From assembly GCF_006345805.1 (NCBI RefSeq), contig NC_043006.1, positions 33,170,001-33,234,000 on the forward strand: 64,000 bases of DNA, given 5' to 3'. How positions within the stretch are numbered: position 1 is the first letter of the stretch; the number at the start of each line of letters is the position of its first letter. The translations under genes and the position numbers were made by a program. Origin of the DNA: Octopus sinensis (Eukaryota). Under the pieces are notes generated by a model. That model was given only the letters and a program-made list of their open reading frames with translations, searched no databases and was not told where the DNA came from. This document shows positions 25,018-39,125 of the stretch, in pieces.

Positions 25018-27261
25018 ATGATATGTATGTGTTCATCAATGTGTATGCATATGTATAATATTTAAAAGCTAAACTAAGAATGCTCAGATATATTGGTTTC
25101 TTTGGAATAGATAACCTCTGAATAATATGAATAAGTGTTTGTGTGTGTACGTTTGTGCGAGCGTATGTGTGTGTATGTATATAATTTAAAGTTGAAAAAT
25201 CTATTTAATACAACGAATGCTAAAATTTATATCGGATATATATTGAATTGATGTATATGATCAAAGCTGTAAAATTTTTAGGAATGAAATATTGACTTTA
25301 AGTCCGGAGAGAATGGATTGAGCATACAATATATCAGTCTTGACGGTATAATCAAAAGAATACTTGAGAAAACCTGGTTTGTGCCATCTTATTTTCTCTG
25401 TGTCTGAACCAAAATTCTCGTTATATTCTGAGGCAAGATATATTTTAGTAGCAACGAAACCTACATAGGTTAAACACTTTCCATTTTTTAAAAATCTTAT
25501 TTTCTTATTATGTTATTGCTATTCCTATTGCGTTGGCGCTTATTCGATTTTGAAAACTTCACGAGTCTATAGCTAGGTATAGACGTTTATATAATGCTAT
25601 GGAGATAGATTGAGAGGTTTAAGTCAGAGCAGTAAGTTAAGCACTTCTTATTCAACTGTAAAAAAACCCTATTAACGGAGAATGATATCTCCACATGGGA
25701 TTAATTAAAATCAGGTAGACTTTAATTGTGAAAATGAATGAAGTTTTTCCTGAAGATGCACAATATACGTGAATATTTAACCATGTAGGCCATTAGGTAA
25801 CATATTCAGTCGGATGAACCAATTCTGATGTTGATATCTAATAATGAAAATATGCCATGAATATATTAGAAATGTACGATCGTGTTTCGTGTCAATGCAG
25901 TCACTCAATTTGTAAAAAAAGTAGCAACCAGCTCACAGACACACGTCATAAAAAGAGAAAGAATATCGGATAATAAAATCTCTGAAGCACTCTATATTTT
26001 AATAATAGCCTCACTGGGAATACTTCGGATGATAAGGCTTGTTCGTGGCTTAAGAACATGAGAGTAGCTTTAACACTACAGATGGCTAATTATGGGAAAG
26101 GTGTAGATGCTGAAGCGATGAAATGCAAAGTCAAACATATCGGTATTTGAACTCGGAAGTTGACCTATGGAACAATTATGTCAGGCACTGAATCTTGCTT
26201 GCTTGTGTTTCTTCTATCTTGGCACGTATAATGATATGTATGAAGAATTCTTAACTTGGAATTAAGTCACAGATTTGTTTGGAGAGGAATGTAGCCGAAT
26301 AGATAACTAGTTCTTATGTTGATGTGTAGCCTCAAATCAGTTTTAATTAGGCATCAGGTAGTTGGCCGAACGAATACCGCACACTCTGACAGGCAGACAT
26401 TAAACGCGGAAGCAGCGTAATTGTCTTGGCGTGTTGCATCTCGTGTATATCTGTACAAATGCACATTCAGGTAGTGTAAACAGCGGAGTCACGCGAGTGT
26501 AACGCTGGCAAAAGTGCGGAGAGCTTCTACTCAGCCGCCGGCCTGATACAATGAACAGTCAAATAATCTCTAAATTTTACACTTCTGTGATAAAGAGGGG
26601 ATAAAACACTTATAATAGATTATCAGATTATCGATTGAAGTGTATTACAATGCTACGTTTATTCTGTTGGAATTTTGAATTTAGAAGATAAAAATGGCGA
26701 AACCAAATATAGCATTTATTTGGTTCCCGATTAGTTTTCCATGTTGAGTGTATATGACAAATATATTATAAAAAACAGACACAGAAAACGTTAGGCAAAA
26801 GTAAACAATATATGAGCAACTGAGAAAGCTTTCAGCAGTTCACAATACCAGATAGAAATAGCAACCAAATTCTTCCTCAAGTCATCAAAACAAAAAAGGA
26901 AATATTAAATCGTTTCGAAATGAATTACGTCAAGAGAAAAGAGCACCTTAAACTACAAAAACAATAAAAGTAGCAAATGTAAAATTCTATCATTATGTGT
27001 CCAGTTATTTATATTTACTGTGCGATCAGACATGTTAATTTATTGGTCAGCGTTTGTCTGTGACGTCATTGTGTATACACAATGCATTTATGTGTATGTG
27101 TGTATGTTTGTATGTAATTGAAAACTGAGTTGTATTTAACACACACATTCACACACACACACACACACACGCACGCACGCACACACACACACACATATAT
27201 ATATACACACAAACACGCGTTTGCGTGTACGTGGGGATGTGTGTTTGTGTATGAGTGTGTG

Positions 27262-27308
<47 letters not shown>

Positions 27309-27814
27309 ATATATGTAAATAGTCGACAAACTAGAGACCCATAAATCACCATCGGTAAGAAAGCGAAGAATAATTAATTGACCCGCAATACGATACGGAC
27401 GGAAACGGACTGTGAGAGAACAACAACTCAGCCAACCACCATTGTTTACGACATTTGTAAGGCTGTGGACATGAAACCATTGTAACGATATGGTTTAAGC
27501 AAGGAACTATAATTCTACATGTTGAATATTTACTCTGACAAAATACAGGAACTGTATTTTCCTTTCCCGCCTTCTTTTGTCTTAAATTCATAAACATGAC
27601 GTTACTATCATAAATATGCAGTTACTCTTTCCTTCCACTTCACACTCGCACCTACACAATCCATAATCTGCTTAGCCACCAAAAAATTTTCAACCACTTT
27701 TCCTCATTCTTTTAATTTTTAATTGAAGAAGGGCTGGCGTCCGAAACATGAGCACCCTTTCCTTTTTAAGTATTAAAGTAATAGAACATTTGTAAAACTG
27801 TAAAACCTGCACAG

Positions 27815-28140
27815 TCCTACATTTAACAGATGAGGAATTATGTACATTATTTACATTTGACGGATATTTGTCATCATATTCTTTGTTGTTAACATAACTT
27901 TTTGGCGTAGTGGTTAAAAGCGCGGGCTACTAATCCTAAGATTCCGAGTTCGATTCTATGCAGTGACCTGAATAATAATAACATCGAAAAATATCTTTAG
28001 GAATGAGAACCCAGATTCGAAATTTCCCCAAGACACATGACATAGGCTGAAGGGTATATCAGCCGAAACGTTGTGTTAACAACAAACAAGATGAGGACAA
28101 ATATCCATCAAATGTAAACAATATACATAATGCGTAGAAC
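27815..28140 (+). mobile_element. Composite tRNA-head / hammerhead / inverted-end element, copy 1 (ribozyme core decayed)
   Basis: Inverted copy of the 3' end (27815-27900); tRNA-like head TGGCGTAGTGGTTAAAAGCGCGGGCTAC...GAGTTCGATTC (27903-27956); then GACAC-ATGACAT-AGGCTGA...TCAGCC-GAAA-CGTT-GTGTT; 3' tail to ~28135. Confidence 0.8.
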
Positions 28141-28277
28141 CTGTTCCTATTATTTTCTCCACATACATGCATACATACATGCATGCATACATATACATAC
28201 ATACATACATACATACATACATACATACATACATACATACATACATACATTCATACATACACATATATGTATGTATA

Positions 28278-28308
<31 letters not shown>

Positions 28309-28311
28309 CTC

Positions 28312-28717
28312 TTTTACTCTTTTACTTGTTTCAGTCATTTGACTGCGGCCATGCTGGAGCACCGCCTTTAATCGAGCAACTCGACCCCGGGACTTATTCT
28401 TTTGTAAGCCCAGTACTTATTCTATCAGTCTCTTTTGCCGAACCGCTAAGTAACGGGGACATAAACACACCAGCATCAGTTGTCAAGCAATGCTAGGGGG
28501 ACAAACACAGACACACAAACACACACACGCATATATATATATACACATATATACGACGGGGTTCTTTTCAGTTTCTGTCTACCAAATCCACTCACAAGGC
28601 TTTGGTCGGCCCGAGGCTATAGTAGAAGACACTTGCCCAAAGTGCCACGCAGTGGGACTGAACCCAGAAACATGTGGATGGTAAGCAAGCTACTTACCAC
28701 ACAGCCGCTCCTGCGCC
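28312..28717 (-). mobile_element. SINE family A
   Basis: Full-length homolog of 9710-10092. Confidence 0.85.
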
Positions 28718-29136
28718 TAATATATATATATATATTTATTAAAATTTAGCAGAAGCAGCAAGCTGACTCAAAGTCCGAGAGTTTCGTACATTAGCATGTT
28801 ACTCTTCAATCTGCTGACACCTACGAATGTATATACTCGATAATCAAGCCACTTCAACAAGGTCCTGGTTTCTCTCTGACTTAAATGGCAATTAGGAAAT
28901 TACTAACAAGTTTTCTTCGTAGAAGACGGTTGAAGAGTATTTGTTGTTTAAAGACTGTCCAAACAACCACGAACAGTTTCAGGATATTTGCTTAATTTTT
29001 CTTCGCGTAAAGATAAAAATGGGGTGAATTTACAATCGCTTAGTTTCAAAAACGTAATCGTTATAAACTGTTGTGCAGCTACATTATCTCAGAAGATATA
29101 TGCTTACATAATTATATACAGATGTATTTTTATAAA

Positions 29137-29418
29137 GTGGAGGCGCAATGGCCCAGTGGTTAGCTCCACAAGGCTCCGGTGAGGGGTGGTGGCTAACCCT
29201 GCTGTATTCTTTCACCACAACGTTCTCTCACTCATCTTCCTGTTTCTGTTGTACCTGTATTTCAAAGGGGCCAGCCTTGTCACACTCTGTGTCACGCTGA
29301 ATCTTCCCGAGAACTACATTTGTGGAGTACTCGGCCACTTACACGATAATTTCACGAACAGGCTGTTCCGTTGATCGGATCAACTGGAACCCTCATCGTT
29401 GTAACCGACTGAGTGCTA
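29137..29418 (+). mobile_element. SINE family C with tail D and internal head deletion
   Basis: GTGGAGGCGCAATGGCCCAGTGGTTAG fused directly to CTCCACAAGGCTCCGG; tail CCAGCCTTGTCACACTCTGTGTCACGCTGAATC...GTTCCGTTGATCGGATCAACTGGAACCCTC. Confidence 0.8.
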
Positions 29419-29451
29419 CGATTTATATAATATATATATAATATATATATA

Positions 29452-29494
<43 letters not shown>

Positions 29495-30210
29495 GTATAT
29501 TTATGATTTAACCGAAACGGAGACACTAGCGTTATTCCTGGTTCCATTCTTCTGTACATCCATCTATACTTATTGGACATGGCCTTTTCTTATAGAAATT
29601 ATTTAAAATAAAATGATTTTTTTCTCATTTTGGTTGTGATCGGTCTCATTGGAGAACACATGGATCGTTTCATTGGTTCTAAGAGGTCTGTTGCTTTTGG
29701 AAAAGATGAAATTGTATCGGGTAGTACTTGTATGTTCGAGCAGGAAGGATGAGGGGAATAAAGTGTGGAAAAAATCAAGATTGGATGAAAGGAGATATGA
29801 TGTGGGTGGTAAAAAAAGAAAGACGTTATATTAAATTTATAGAAGCATAAATGCAAGTGTGATGTATCTCTAATATATATATATATATATCTATATATAT
29901 ATATATATATATATATTTCAAATCGGTTAAGCTGTAAATACACAAAATGTAACGTAAGACGGCAATTAACAGCTGGAATTCTTTGGGTCTTCAATAATAT
30001 GAAGTTCTCAAGAATCAATAATTTCCCGGAAATAACATTCCCTTAAGGAAAAGATTGTTTGTTTGATTCTGGAGATGAAAGAAAAGCGACGTATATAGTT
30101 TTTCCGCCACGATTGGCGTCATCAACACAGCAGTTGTTCTATCTTGACTCCAGATAGACTTAAACATATACAAAAGGATTTGAGAACATTTAAGATGCAT
30201 TATCAATCAA

Positions 30211-30266
<56 letters not shown>

Positions 30267-30267
30267 G

Positions 30268-30323
<56 letters not shown>

Positions 30324-30957
30324 GTTTATGTCAAGTTATATATGTGTGTGTAATTTAACGCTAAACCAAAGGGTTGCACAAAAGATTTTCGTAGAGAAAA
30401 CGTTTATCAAAATTTATCACACAGTTCCACATACACAAGAAAATCAACTTCCCCCAAAATATATAAAGCCAAAAGGAACCGAAGTGAAACGCAGTATGCT
30501 GAAGGTTAACAGTTCGAAACGTCGAAGTCACTATAACCCCACTTCCAGTAAAAGTGTAACAATACACACATAGATGCTCACATACACACATGCACATAAT
30601 ACATATATATATATATCTGTGTGTGTGTGTGTGCGTGTGCGGGCGCATCATTATCAGCTGATAACTGGTGAAAGTTACATCATATTATACTCATTACTGC
30701 GTTAATGTGCTTCATAAATAGCTGTATAGATGCGTGTCTGAGGAGTGCTCAAAGCACTGCTCTATGGTAGCATCTTTCTCCTAGCAAGTACACACAGAAA
30801 TACAACCATAGCCAGACTGGGCTTCATACTGGCAAGAAGAGATAAAGATCCCTCTCTGATATACTGTACCCAAGGATACAGACTCTGATCTTAAAGTCAC
30901 GTGATTTGTGGAAAGACGCGTAGCAATGCATTAAATATTTATAAATCCCATCCTAGA

Positions 30958-31019
<62 letters not shown>

Positions 31020-31025
<6 letters not shown>

Positions 31026-31540
31026 CATTATTGAGTGAGAGAGCAGTGTATGCCATCAAAGTGACACTGGGGTAAAATATACGAAGCCCAGTACACCCAT
31101 CATGACTACCCATCCGAAAAGGGTACACCAAGCACATGCATCACAACCATTTGTGAGCGACATGGTTATCTCATATCATGAGAAACCACACATGACCTTG
31201 CAGGTGGGGCCCAGTGTGAATTTTCTTCAGGTCGAGTAGCCCATCCCGCTCAAAAGGTCCCTGAATAAAGGTTGTTTGAGGATGTGAAACGAAACGTCAT
31301 GTTTTCAAAGGCAATTATCCAAACCCCAAAGAATTCCTCTCAACACATGGCTATGATGATCTCCTGTTACTTCTGCCCGTGATCAGAGATGTACATATCA
31401 TCAGCCACTCAGGGACATACTGAACTGGTTAAGGTCAAACAACTGACAAGCAAATCTGTGGTATTGAGCAGAATCTTTGCTGTAGCCCAGCTTTTATACC
31501 AAGACAAAACAATGCACATAACACTTTCAATCGGTTAAGA
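31020..31540 (-). mobile_element. SINE/LINE-tail family F ending in (AAT)n
   Basis: Homologous to 38395-38685 (TTGAGTGAGAGAGCAGTGTATGCCATCAAAGTG...CAGGTCGAGTAGCCCATCCCGCTCAAAAGGTCCC); adjacent (TTA)n at 30958-31030. Confidence 0.7.
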
Positions 31541-31592
31541 TATTATTATTATTATTATATTATATTATTATTATTATATTATTATTATTATT

Positions 31593-31760
31593 TAGGCGTC
31601 GAGCTGGCAGAATCGTTAGGAAATGCATAGCGGTATTTCGTCTGAGTTCAAATTGCACCGAGGTCGATTTGTTTTTCATCCTGTCGGGGTCGATGAAATA
31701 AGTACCAGTTACACACTGGGGTCGATGTAATCAACTAACCCCGTTCCACCCAAAATTTGA
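31593..31760 (+). mobile_element. SINE family B
   Basis: GGCGTCGAGCTGGCAGAATCGTTAG...TTTTCATCCTGTCGGGGTCGATGAAATAAGTACCAG. Confidence 0.8.
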
Positions 31761-31769
31761 GTAGAAATG

Positions 31770-31839
<70 letters not shown>

Positions 31840-31864
31840 TAATAATAATAATAAAATAATAATA

Positions 31865-31936
<72 letters not shown>

Positions 31937-32494
31937 TCATTATTGTGTGTGTGAGTGTGTTTGTGTTTGTGTGTGTGTTTGTGTGTGTGTATGTGTGCAT
32001 CTATATACTATGTATGTATTGGAACGCCTCTGCAATAGACAGTTTAAGAATATAATCGATAATCATGTCATCCGTTTTGCCATTAGTTCTAAGTGTCTTT
32101 TCTGATTCGAGATGGTTGCAAACACCAAGACAGACCGTCATACAGCCATAGAAAATAGATAAATGAACGGCGAAATTCTTCCTGACAAACAGAAACGTAT
32201 GCACAAGTACACGCAAACACGGACCCACGTCCACTCAACCATCTCATCTATTCTGAAAACGCTGAAGAGTAAAGCATCCTCACAGAAATGTTTCAATGTC
32301 TCGTTATGATTGCCAAATCCATTCTTGCCTGATCAAAACAGCTATCCTACTTCCAACTTAGATTACATTCCTTATATTATAGAATGAAGTGTTACGAGTA
32401 AATGTAGGCGTTCTTACGTGGTCGCTAGAAATAATAGCCAAGTCTCTTTCAAGTCATACATAATTTTCGCGGGTATGGCTGGGTCCTTTAGAAG

Positions 32495-32830
32495 GTCGGT
32501 TTGTAATCACGAGGGCTCCAGTTGAACCAATCAACAGAACAGCCTGCCCGTGAAATTAACGTGCAAGTGGTTGAGCACTCCACAAACACGTGTACCCTTA
32601 ACGTAGTTCTCGGGGAGATTCAGCGTCATACAGCAGAAATAGGAAGAAAGAGCGAGAGAAAGTTGTGGTGAAAGAGTACAGCAGGGATCGCCCCCATCCT
32701 CTGCCGTAGCCTTGTGGAACTGTAGGTGTTTTCGCTCAATAAACACTCACAACGCCCAGTCTGGGAATCGAAATAGCGTAGCTACGACCGCGAGTCCGCT
32801 GCCCTAACCACTAGGCCATTACGCCTCCAC
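32495..32830 (-). mobile_element. SINE family C with tail D
   Basis: Minus-strand head GTGGAGGCGTAATGGCCTAGTGGTTAGGGCAGCGGACTCGCGG; tail D at 32495-32630. Confidence 0.8.
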
Positions 32831-33569
32831 TGATCCCTGTATATACAGGATTTAAAGTTAAGTTTAAATTAAATTGTTTAACGATTTACCTGTATAAGAA
32901 GATATATATGTATTTCCTCAGGCGATACTCAATTGCTGTCTCTGTAAGTAAATCGAGATTTCCATGCTACAACATCCATGGCTTCTTTTAGATTTTAATT
33001 TTTACTTTTTATTTTCATACACGAGGAATACCTATAACTAGTATTGGTAGCGTACCATAATAATACCACCGGCTATTTGGGAATTCTAAGGTTAACGACC
33101 GCTATTTGTACTCTTATACGTTCTTAACAGAACACACCTCAACTGATTATATATGTATACACACACACACACACACATATATATATATTTATAAAAGTGT
33201 AGGTCGTATACGAGTGGGTATATATATATATATATACATACATACATGCATACATACATACATACATACATAAATACACACACACACACACCACTATATA
33301 TATATATATTATATATATTATTTAATAATGTTGTTGACAAACTACGGCGACAGAATTGATTCACCTCAATAGACGTCATGATTAGGTTGAAATTGCCGAT
33401 ATGCAAGAAATTAAACAACAATAGCTTACAAAACTACACAATTTTCTCAAGAAAGCCAAGAGAAAAAAGATGTTTTATGTAACACATTCTACAAGTATAT
33501 GAAGTTTAAAAGTGTTTAGTTACAAAGAAATTATTTTAAAAATCTGCCAGTCAAAGCGAAAAGATCCGA

Positions 33570-33695
33570 TATTTATTTTATCGACCCCGAAAGGATGAAA
33601 AGCAAAGTCGACCTCGGCGGAATTTGATCTCAGAATGTAAAGACTGATGAAATGCTGCCAATCACTTTGCCTGGCGTGCTAACGATTCTGCCAAA
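33570..33695 (-). mobile_element. SINE family B
   Basis: ATCGACCCCGAAAGGATGAAAAGCAAAGTCGACCTCGGCGGAATTTG...GCTAACGATTCTGCC. Confidence 0.8.
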
Positions 33696-34154
33696 GCAAA
33701 TAAAGACACGGTGCTCATGTCCGGAACATCTTTGATCCAAAAGTCTATCTGCGGAAATGAAAACTGGCATAGGGTTAAGCACTACCTACAAGAATCATTT
33801 CTACTCTAGGTTCAAAACCTATGACAACAACAACTACAACCACAATAGAACATTCCCGCTAGAATAAATGCTAAAGTCTGTTGTAAAATGCCTTTGGCCT
33901 CATTAGAGATTAATGTTTGCTTTATCTCTTTCGTGTTGCGTCTTCATATTTGAAATAGTTCTTTCTTTCCCTTTACTGCTTTTCTCTTTTCCTTTTCTTT
34001 CTTCCATCTCTTCTAAATCGTTTATTCCACCTTCTCCACTCTCCACCATTCTGCTCTTTTCATTCGCCTTTGTTTCAATTCCAAATTCTATCAATTTCTT
34101 GGATGCATTTGCATTTCTTTTCTTCTTAAAAAAAATTTTTGTTTTTGTTTTATT

Positions 34155-34159
34155 TGTTT

Positions 34160-34213
<54 letters not shown>

Positions 34214-34271
34214 TTTTTTCTTTCTTTCTTTCTTTCTGCCTTCCTTCCTTCCTTCCTACCTTCCTTTCTTC

Positions 34272-34315
<44 letters not shown>

Positions 34316-34407
34316 TTTCTTCTTTCTTCCTTTTTTCTTTCTTTCTTTCTTTCTGCCTTCCTTCCTTCCTTCCTTCCTACCTTCTTTTCGTTCTGTCTTT
34401 CTTTTTT

Positions 34408-34459
<52 letters not shown>

Positions 34460-34464
34460 TTCGT

Positions 34465-34523
<59 letters not shown>

Positions 34524-34525
34524 GC
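34155..34525. repeat. (TTTC)n/(TTCC)n polypyrimidine tract with a ~120-bp higher-order duplication
   Basis: The block TTTTTTCTTTCTTTCTTTCTTTCTGCCTTCCTTCCTTCCTTCCTACC occurs twice (~34213 and ~34331). Confidence 0.9.
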
Positions 34526-35432
34526 AATCAATCTACAATTGTTCCTTTTTTTCGTTTCATGCCTTTTTACATTTGTTTGTTTTGTTTGCTTCTTGGTTTC
34601 TTTCTTCTTTCCTTCCATAATTTCTCTCCCTCGTTTTTTTCTCATTTGATTTATTTTTTTCATTCCTTCCGTCTTTCCTTCTCTTTATAACTAGGAGAGG
34701 GGTGGAGGCTGTTTCCAAGTCATCGTACATGTAAAATTGTTCGACCTCTCTCACTACCATCCGTTCACTATTAGAAATCCAGTTATACCCAACACCTCAC
34801 ACCCCAATGACACCCCAATAACAAATACAAGGAAACAATAACGATGCTTTAAAAGTACGTGATTCACCCAAACAAAACAAAAAGCCATCGTAAGCGGTTG
34901 TATCGAGTAGGGTGTATGTTTTGGCGTATGTATGTGTGTGCATACTTGCATGTCAGTGTGTGTATGTGTGTTTGCATGTGTGTGTCTGTCTATCTGTGCG
35001 TGTATGTATGTTTGAGCGTGTATGTCTGAACTATTGTGTGTGTATTGAAGCAGTTGTGTGTGTATATATATAGTGTGTGTGTGTGTGTGTGTGTGTGTAT
35101 TGAAGCAGTTGTGTGTGTATATATATGTGTGGTGTGTGTGTGTGTGTGTGTGTTTGCATGTGTGTGTGGCTGTGAATTCTTGTGTGCCATGGTTGACAAG
35201 GAATGTTCTCAGTCTTCTGTGGAAGCGTTAATGGGATAATTAGCCTGCCAGCAAGATTCAATTAGACATTTGGGATGCGTTCAAGAAATGCGATCAGATA
35301 CAAAATAGATAGATAGAAATATGGACAGGTTGATACAGGGGCAGACAGATAAATAGGAAGGTAGTTATGTAGATAAATAGTAGATAAATAGATAGGTGAG
35401 TTCGTAGGTAGATAGATAGTAGACAGGCATAG

Positions 35433-35494
<62 letters not shown>

Positions 35495-35651
35495 GTGAGT
35501 TCGTAGGTAGACAGACATAGAGAGAGATAGATAGGTAGATAAATTGGTAGTTAAATAAATCGTACAGAAAATTAATAGAAATAGATAAAGAGAGAGAGAG
35601 AGAGAGAGAAAGCGAAAGAGTGAGAAAGCGAGCGAGCGAGAGAGAGAGTGA

Positions 35652-35689
<38 letters not shown>

Positions 35690-35841
35690 CGGGGTTAGAG
35701 ATATTGTGAGTGGGTATGAATGTATAGGTTTGAGTACGAATGGAAGGAGAGAAAAGCAGAGATTAAAGAAACATAAGTTAAACACAGTTTCACACATATT
35801 TGAAAGTGCGGATGCAGTCTTGCCTGCATGTGTGTGCTTAT

Positions 35842-35940
<99 letters not shown>

Positions 35941-36048
35941 ATAAAAGTCAAATTGCATCGAACGCATGAGAAAGCATTGCTGAAAGTGCTTGCTCACAGA
36001 AATCGAATGTTTATCTCGCGCAACTCTAATTTCAATAAACTATATATA

Positions 36049-36109
<61 letters not shown>

Positions 36110-36974
36110 ACGAGAGAGAGAGAGAGATTGCTTGATAGATAGATATAGTGATATCTACTCTTTCGTTGTTTTACTAGTTTCAGCCATTAGGATTGCAGCC
36201 AAGCTGTTGAAATGTGTTCGAGAGTTTTAACCAATTATACTTGTCGAATTATCAAGTCGCCGAGTATATCTTCAATCATGTTTCTTCATACCTCATTAAC
36301 AAGTAAATACGTTCCACTAGCAATTAATTTAAACCGATGTCTATAGTTGTACACAAGCAGAAGCAATGGAAAGTACATCACACTCGCATCAGCAGAGTTA
36401 TCTTGCCATTCATGTTTAAGATACTATGAGCTCACAGTCAGTAAAACGATTTTCTTTTCTTACTTTCCCAGCTCGTTTCGTATGCACCCAGATTCATTCA
36501 TTTTTGTATGACTATCATTTCCAATTACTTGTTTCTAATTTTGCAGCCCTATGATTCATAAGACCCATAGCCCGTTTTCCATGCCATAGAAGAACCGATA
36601 TCACAACCTTTCTCTGAACGGGATACCCGTCCGATGCAGTGTTCTGGGTCATTAAGTTTTTGAGGAGAAGAGACAAGTTGATTGTATCGATCCTGCTACT
36701 TTATTTTATCGATCTTGAAAGGATGAAAAGCAAAGCTGACCTCTGCGAATTATAAATTATTAAAGTTTGCACTTCCATCTATTCACCTTAGCACCGTCAA
36801 TTTCAACGCGGTCCTGTTTATCTGAACTAAATTCTTCAGGCCACCCTCTACATTCACTTAGCACTCGACAGTTACACGGTTTTTTCACCTAAAATAAGTG
36901 AACTTACTTTTAAATACAATATTAGTTTAATCATTGTTTATTTTTCAATAATACTTTCATTGTTATATCTAGGT

Positions 36975-37420
36975 TTAAGTCGGAGAGTTGGCAGAGTCGT
37001 TAGAACGCTGGACGAAATGCTTAGCGGTATTACACCCGTCGCTACGTTTTGAGTTCAAATTCCACCGAGGTCCACTTTGCTTTTCATCCTTTCAGGGTCG
37101 ATAAATTAAGTACCAGTTGCGTACTGGGGTCGATGTAATCAAGTAGTCCCTTCCCCCAAAATTTCAGGCCTTCTTCCTATAATATAAAGGATTATTATAT
37201 GGATGTTTAAGGCAGAAAAATTGCAGAAACCCGCCAGACAAAATGATTAGCAGTATTTTTACCGTCTTTGCGTTCTGAGTACAAGTTTCGCCGAAATCGT
37301 CTTTGCTTTTCATTCTCTAAGGGTCGATAAAATCAATACCATTTGACCACTGAGATAAATGTAATCAACTTGCTATCTTACGCGAAATTGCTGGTCTTGT
37401 GTCTCCGAAAACTTGAAATC
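36975..37420 (+). mobile_element. Two tandem SINE family B copies
   Basis: First copy 36975-37200 is well conserved (CTTTGCTTTTCATCCTTTCAGGGTCGATAAATTAAGTACC); second 37205-37420 is more degenerate. Confidence 0.75.
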
Positions 37421-38394
37421 ATTTACATGGCTACTTTTGTCCAGAGACACTTAGCAACGAAGTCAGTTCAGTGCCACTTGGCGGTACACTTGATTTACTG
37501 TTGCTTAAAAGTCGGTCATAACAGACAACAAACTTTTAGGAAATGTTGGATTTTTCTGGAGAAATTCTAAACACGTCAATTCTGGATGCAAAACAGACCG
37601 ATAAAAGAAGTACCAGACTTAAAAAAAAGCATGACTAAAATTTTCCAAGGAAGGGCTCCAGTATGGCTGCAGCCCAATGACTGAAACAAGATAAAAGATC
37701 ACTAGAAGAATATGTTCTTCATTATCGATTACTTATCTCTTCGCTAAAAGTTATAAAGTGCAGATCTACTGAACTGGATGTTCAATTTGACGAACTTTGA
37801 CATGGAAAATGAATCAAATAAATTGTTCTCTTTTCAGAACTAGATGATTGATTGGATTTCGATTTGGCGGACATTAATATCAAGAGAGGTTTCATCAACA
37901 GATTAGTTGTCTTCTATGTGTGGTGCAATTTATCGTCCAAGTTTTTCATTTATCCTGACTGACTACTTGTGAAGCGTTGTAAGTTTTAACACCTTTCTAA
38001 GTAAAAACACGACTTTCAGTTCCAATTATAAAGCACCACATTGTTCCTACATTACTAGTCTTTGACAATCCATGTCATACGACGTAGTATTCTCATAAAA
38101 AAAACATATCCTTACCTACACGCAAGTATTTTCTACTTGTTTTTAAATAAGATTAGAGACCTAGAAATTTCTGTTCAGTATATTGATCGTTTATAATGAA
38201 CAATGACGGACGTTTTGAAACGAAATCATCAACATCGTTTCTCATGGCATTTTGTCGCATTCAATTACGGCACAGACTGGAATTCCATTATTTTGTATGA
38301 ATGAACATTTTTGATAGTTATAGGCTGTTTCAATTTTTCGAAACGGCAAAATATTTTCCTTTTCCTTTTTCCATAAAATGTAATTTCCCCTTTT

Positions 38395-38685
38395 ACTATC
38401 ATTATTGAGTGAGAGAGCAGTGTATGCCATCAAAGTGGGTAAAATATATGATTCCCAGTATACCCATCATGACTCCCCGTCTGATAAGGGTACACCAGGT
38501 ACGTGCATCACAACCACATGTGGGCGACATGGTGATCTCATATCAAGATAAACAGCGCATGACCATGCAGGTTGCGCCCAGTTCTGCAGGTCGAGTAGCC
38601 CATCCCGCTCAAAAGGTCCCCGAATAAGGGCTGTTTAAGGATGTTGAACGAAACACCCATATTTTCAAATGTGAATTATCCAAAC
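38395..38685 (-). mobile_element. Family F copy truncated by assembly gap
   Basis: Homologous to 31020-31330. Confidence 0.7.
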
Positions 38686-38785
38686 NNNNNNNNNNNNNNN
38701 NNNNNNNNNNNNNNNNNNNNNNNNNNNNNNNNNNNNNNNNNNNNNNNNNNNNNNNNNNNNNNNNNNNNNNNNNNNNNNNNNNNNN
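38686..38785. other. Scaffold gap (100 N)
   Basis: Exactly 100 N, the usual placeholder for a gap of unknown size; distances across it are unreliable. Confidence 0.98.
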
Positions 38786-39076
38786 GTTTAGCCTTTTCCA
38801 CTGTAGTCTGGATATCGGTCATGGTGGTATTTACTTTACGATGAGTTCGTAAGTTGAGCTTGCTAACTTTCCCAGTTTCTCCACTGTAGATCCTGTCATT
38901 TTAGAAAAAGCTCGACATACCTTGTCGAGCTCTCTATTATTCTTTATATTTTCCTTTCTCATTAGCAGCAGGCCACAAAACCCTCGATCTCCTCCGAGTA
39001 TTATCTGATGCACCAGTTTTATAACCTGCAGTTTCCTGTTGAGAAGAGGTCTTTGCTGTAGCATTTATCGATCCGC

Positions 39077-39125
<49 letters not shown>

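Noticed and set aside
27903-27960. tRNA genes (also 20530-20597, 54920-54980, 63654-63725 and family A/B/E heads)
   Set aside because: A/B boxes are present, but there is no complete cloverleaf or acceptor stem, and each head continues into a repeated SINE body.
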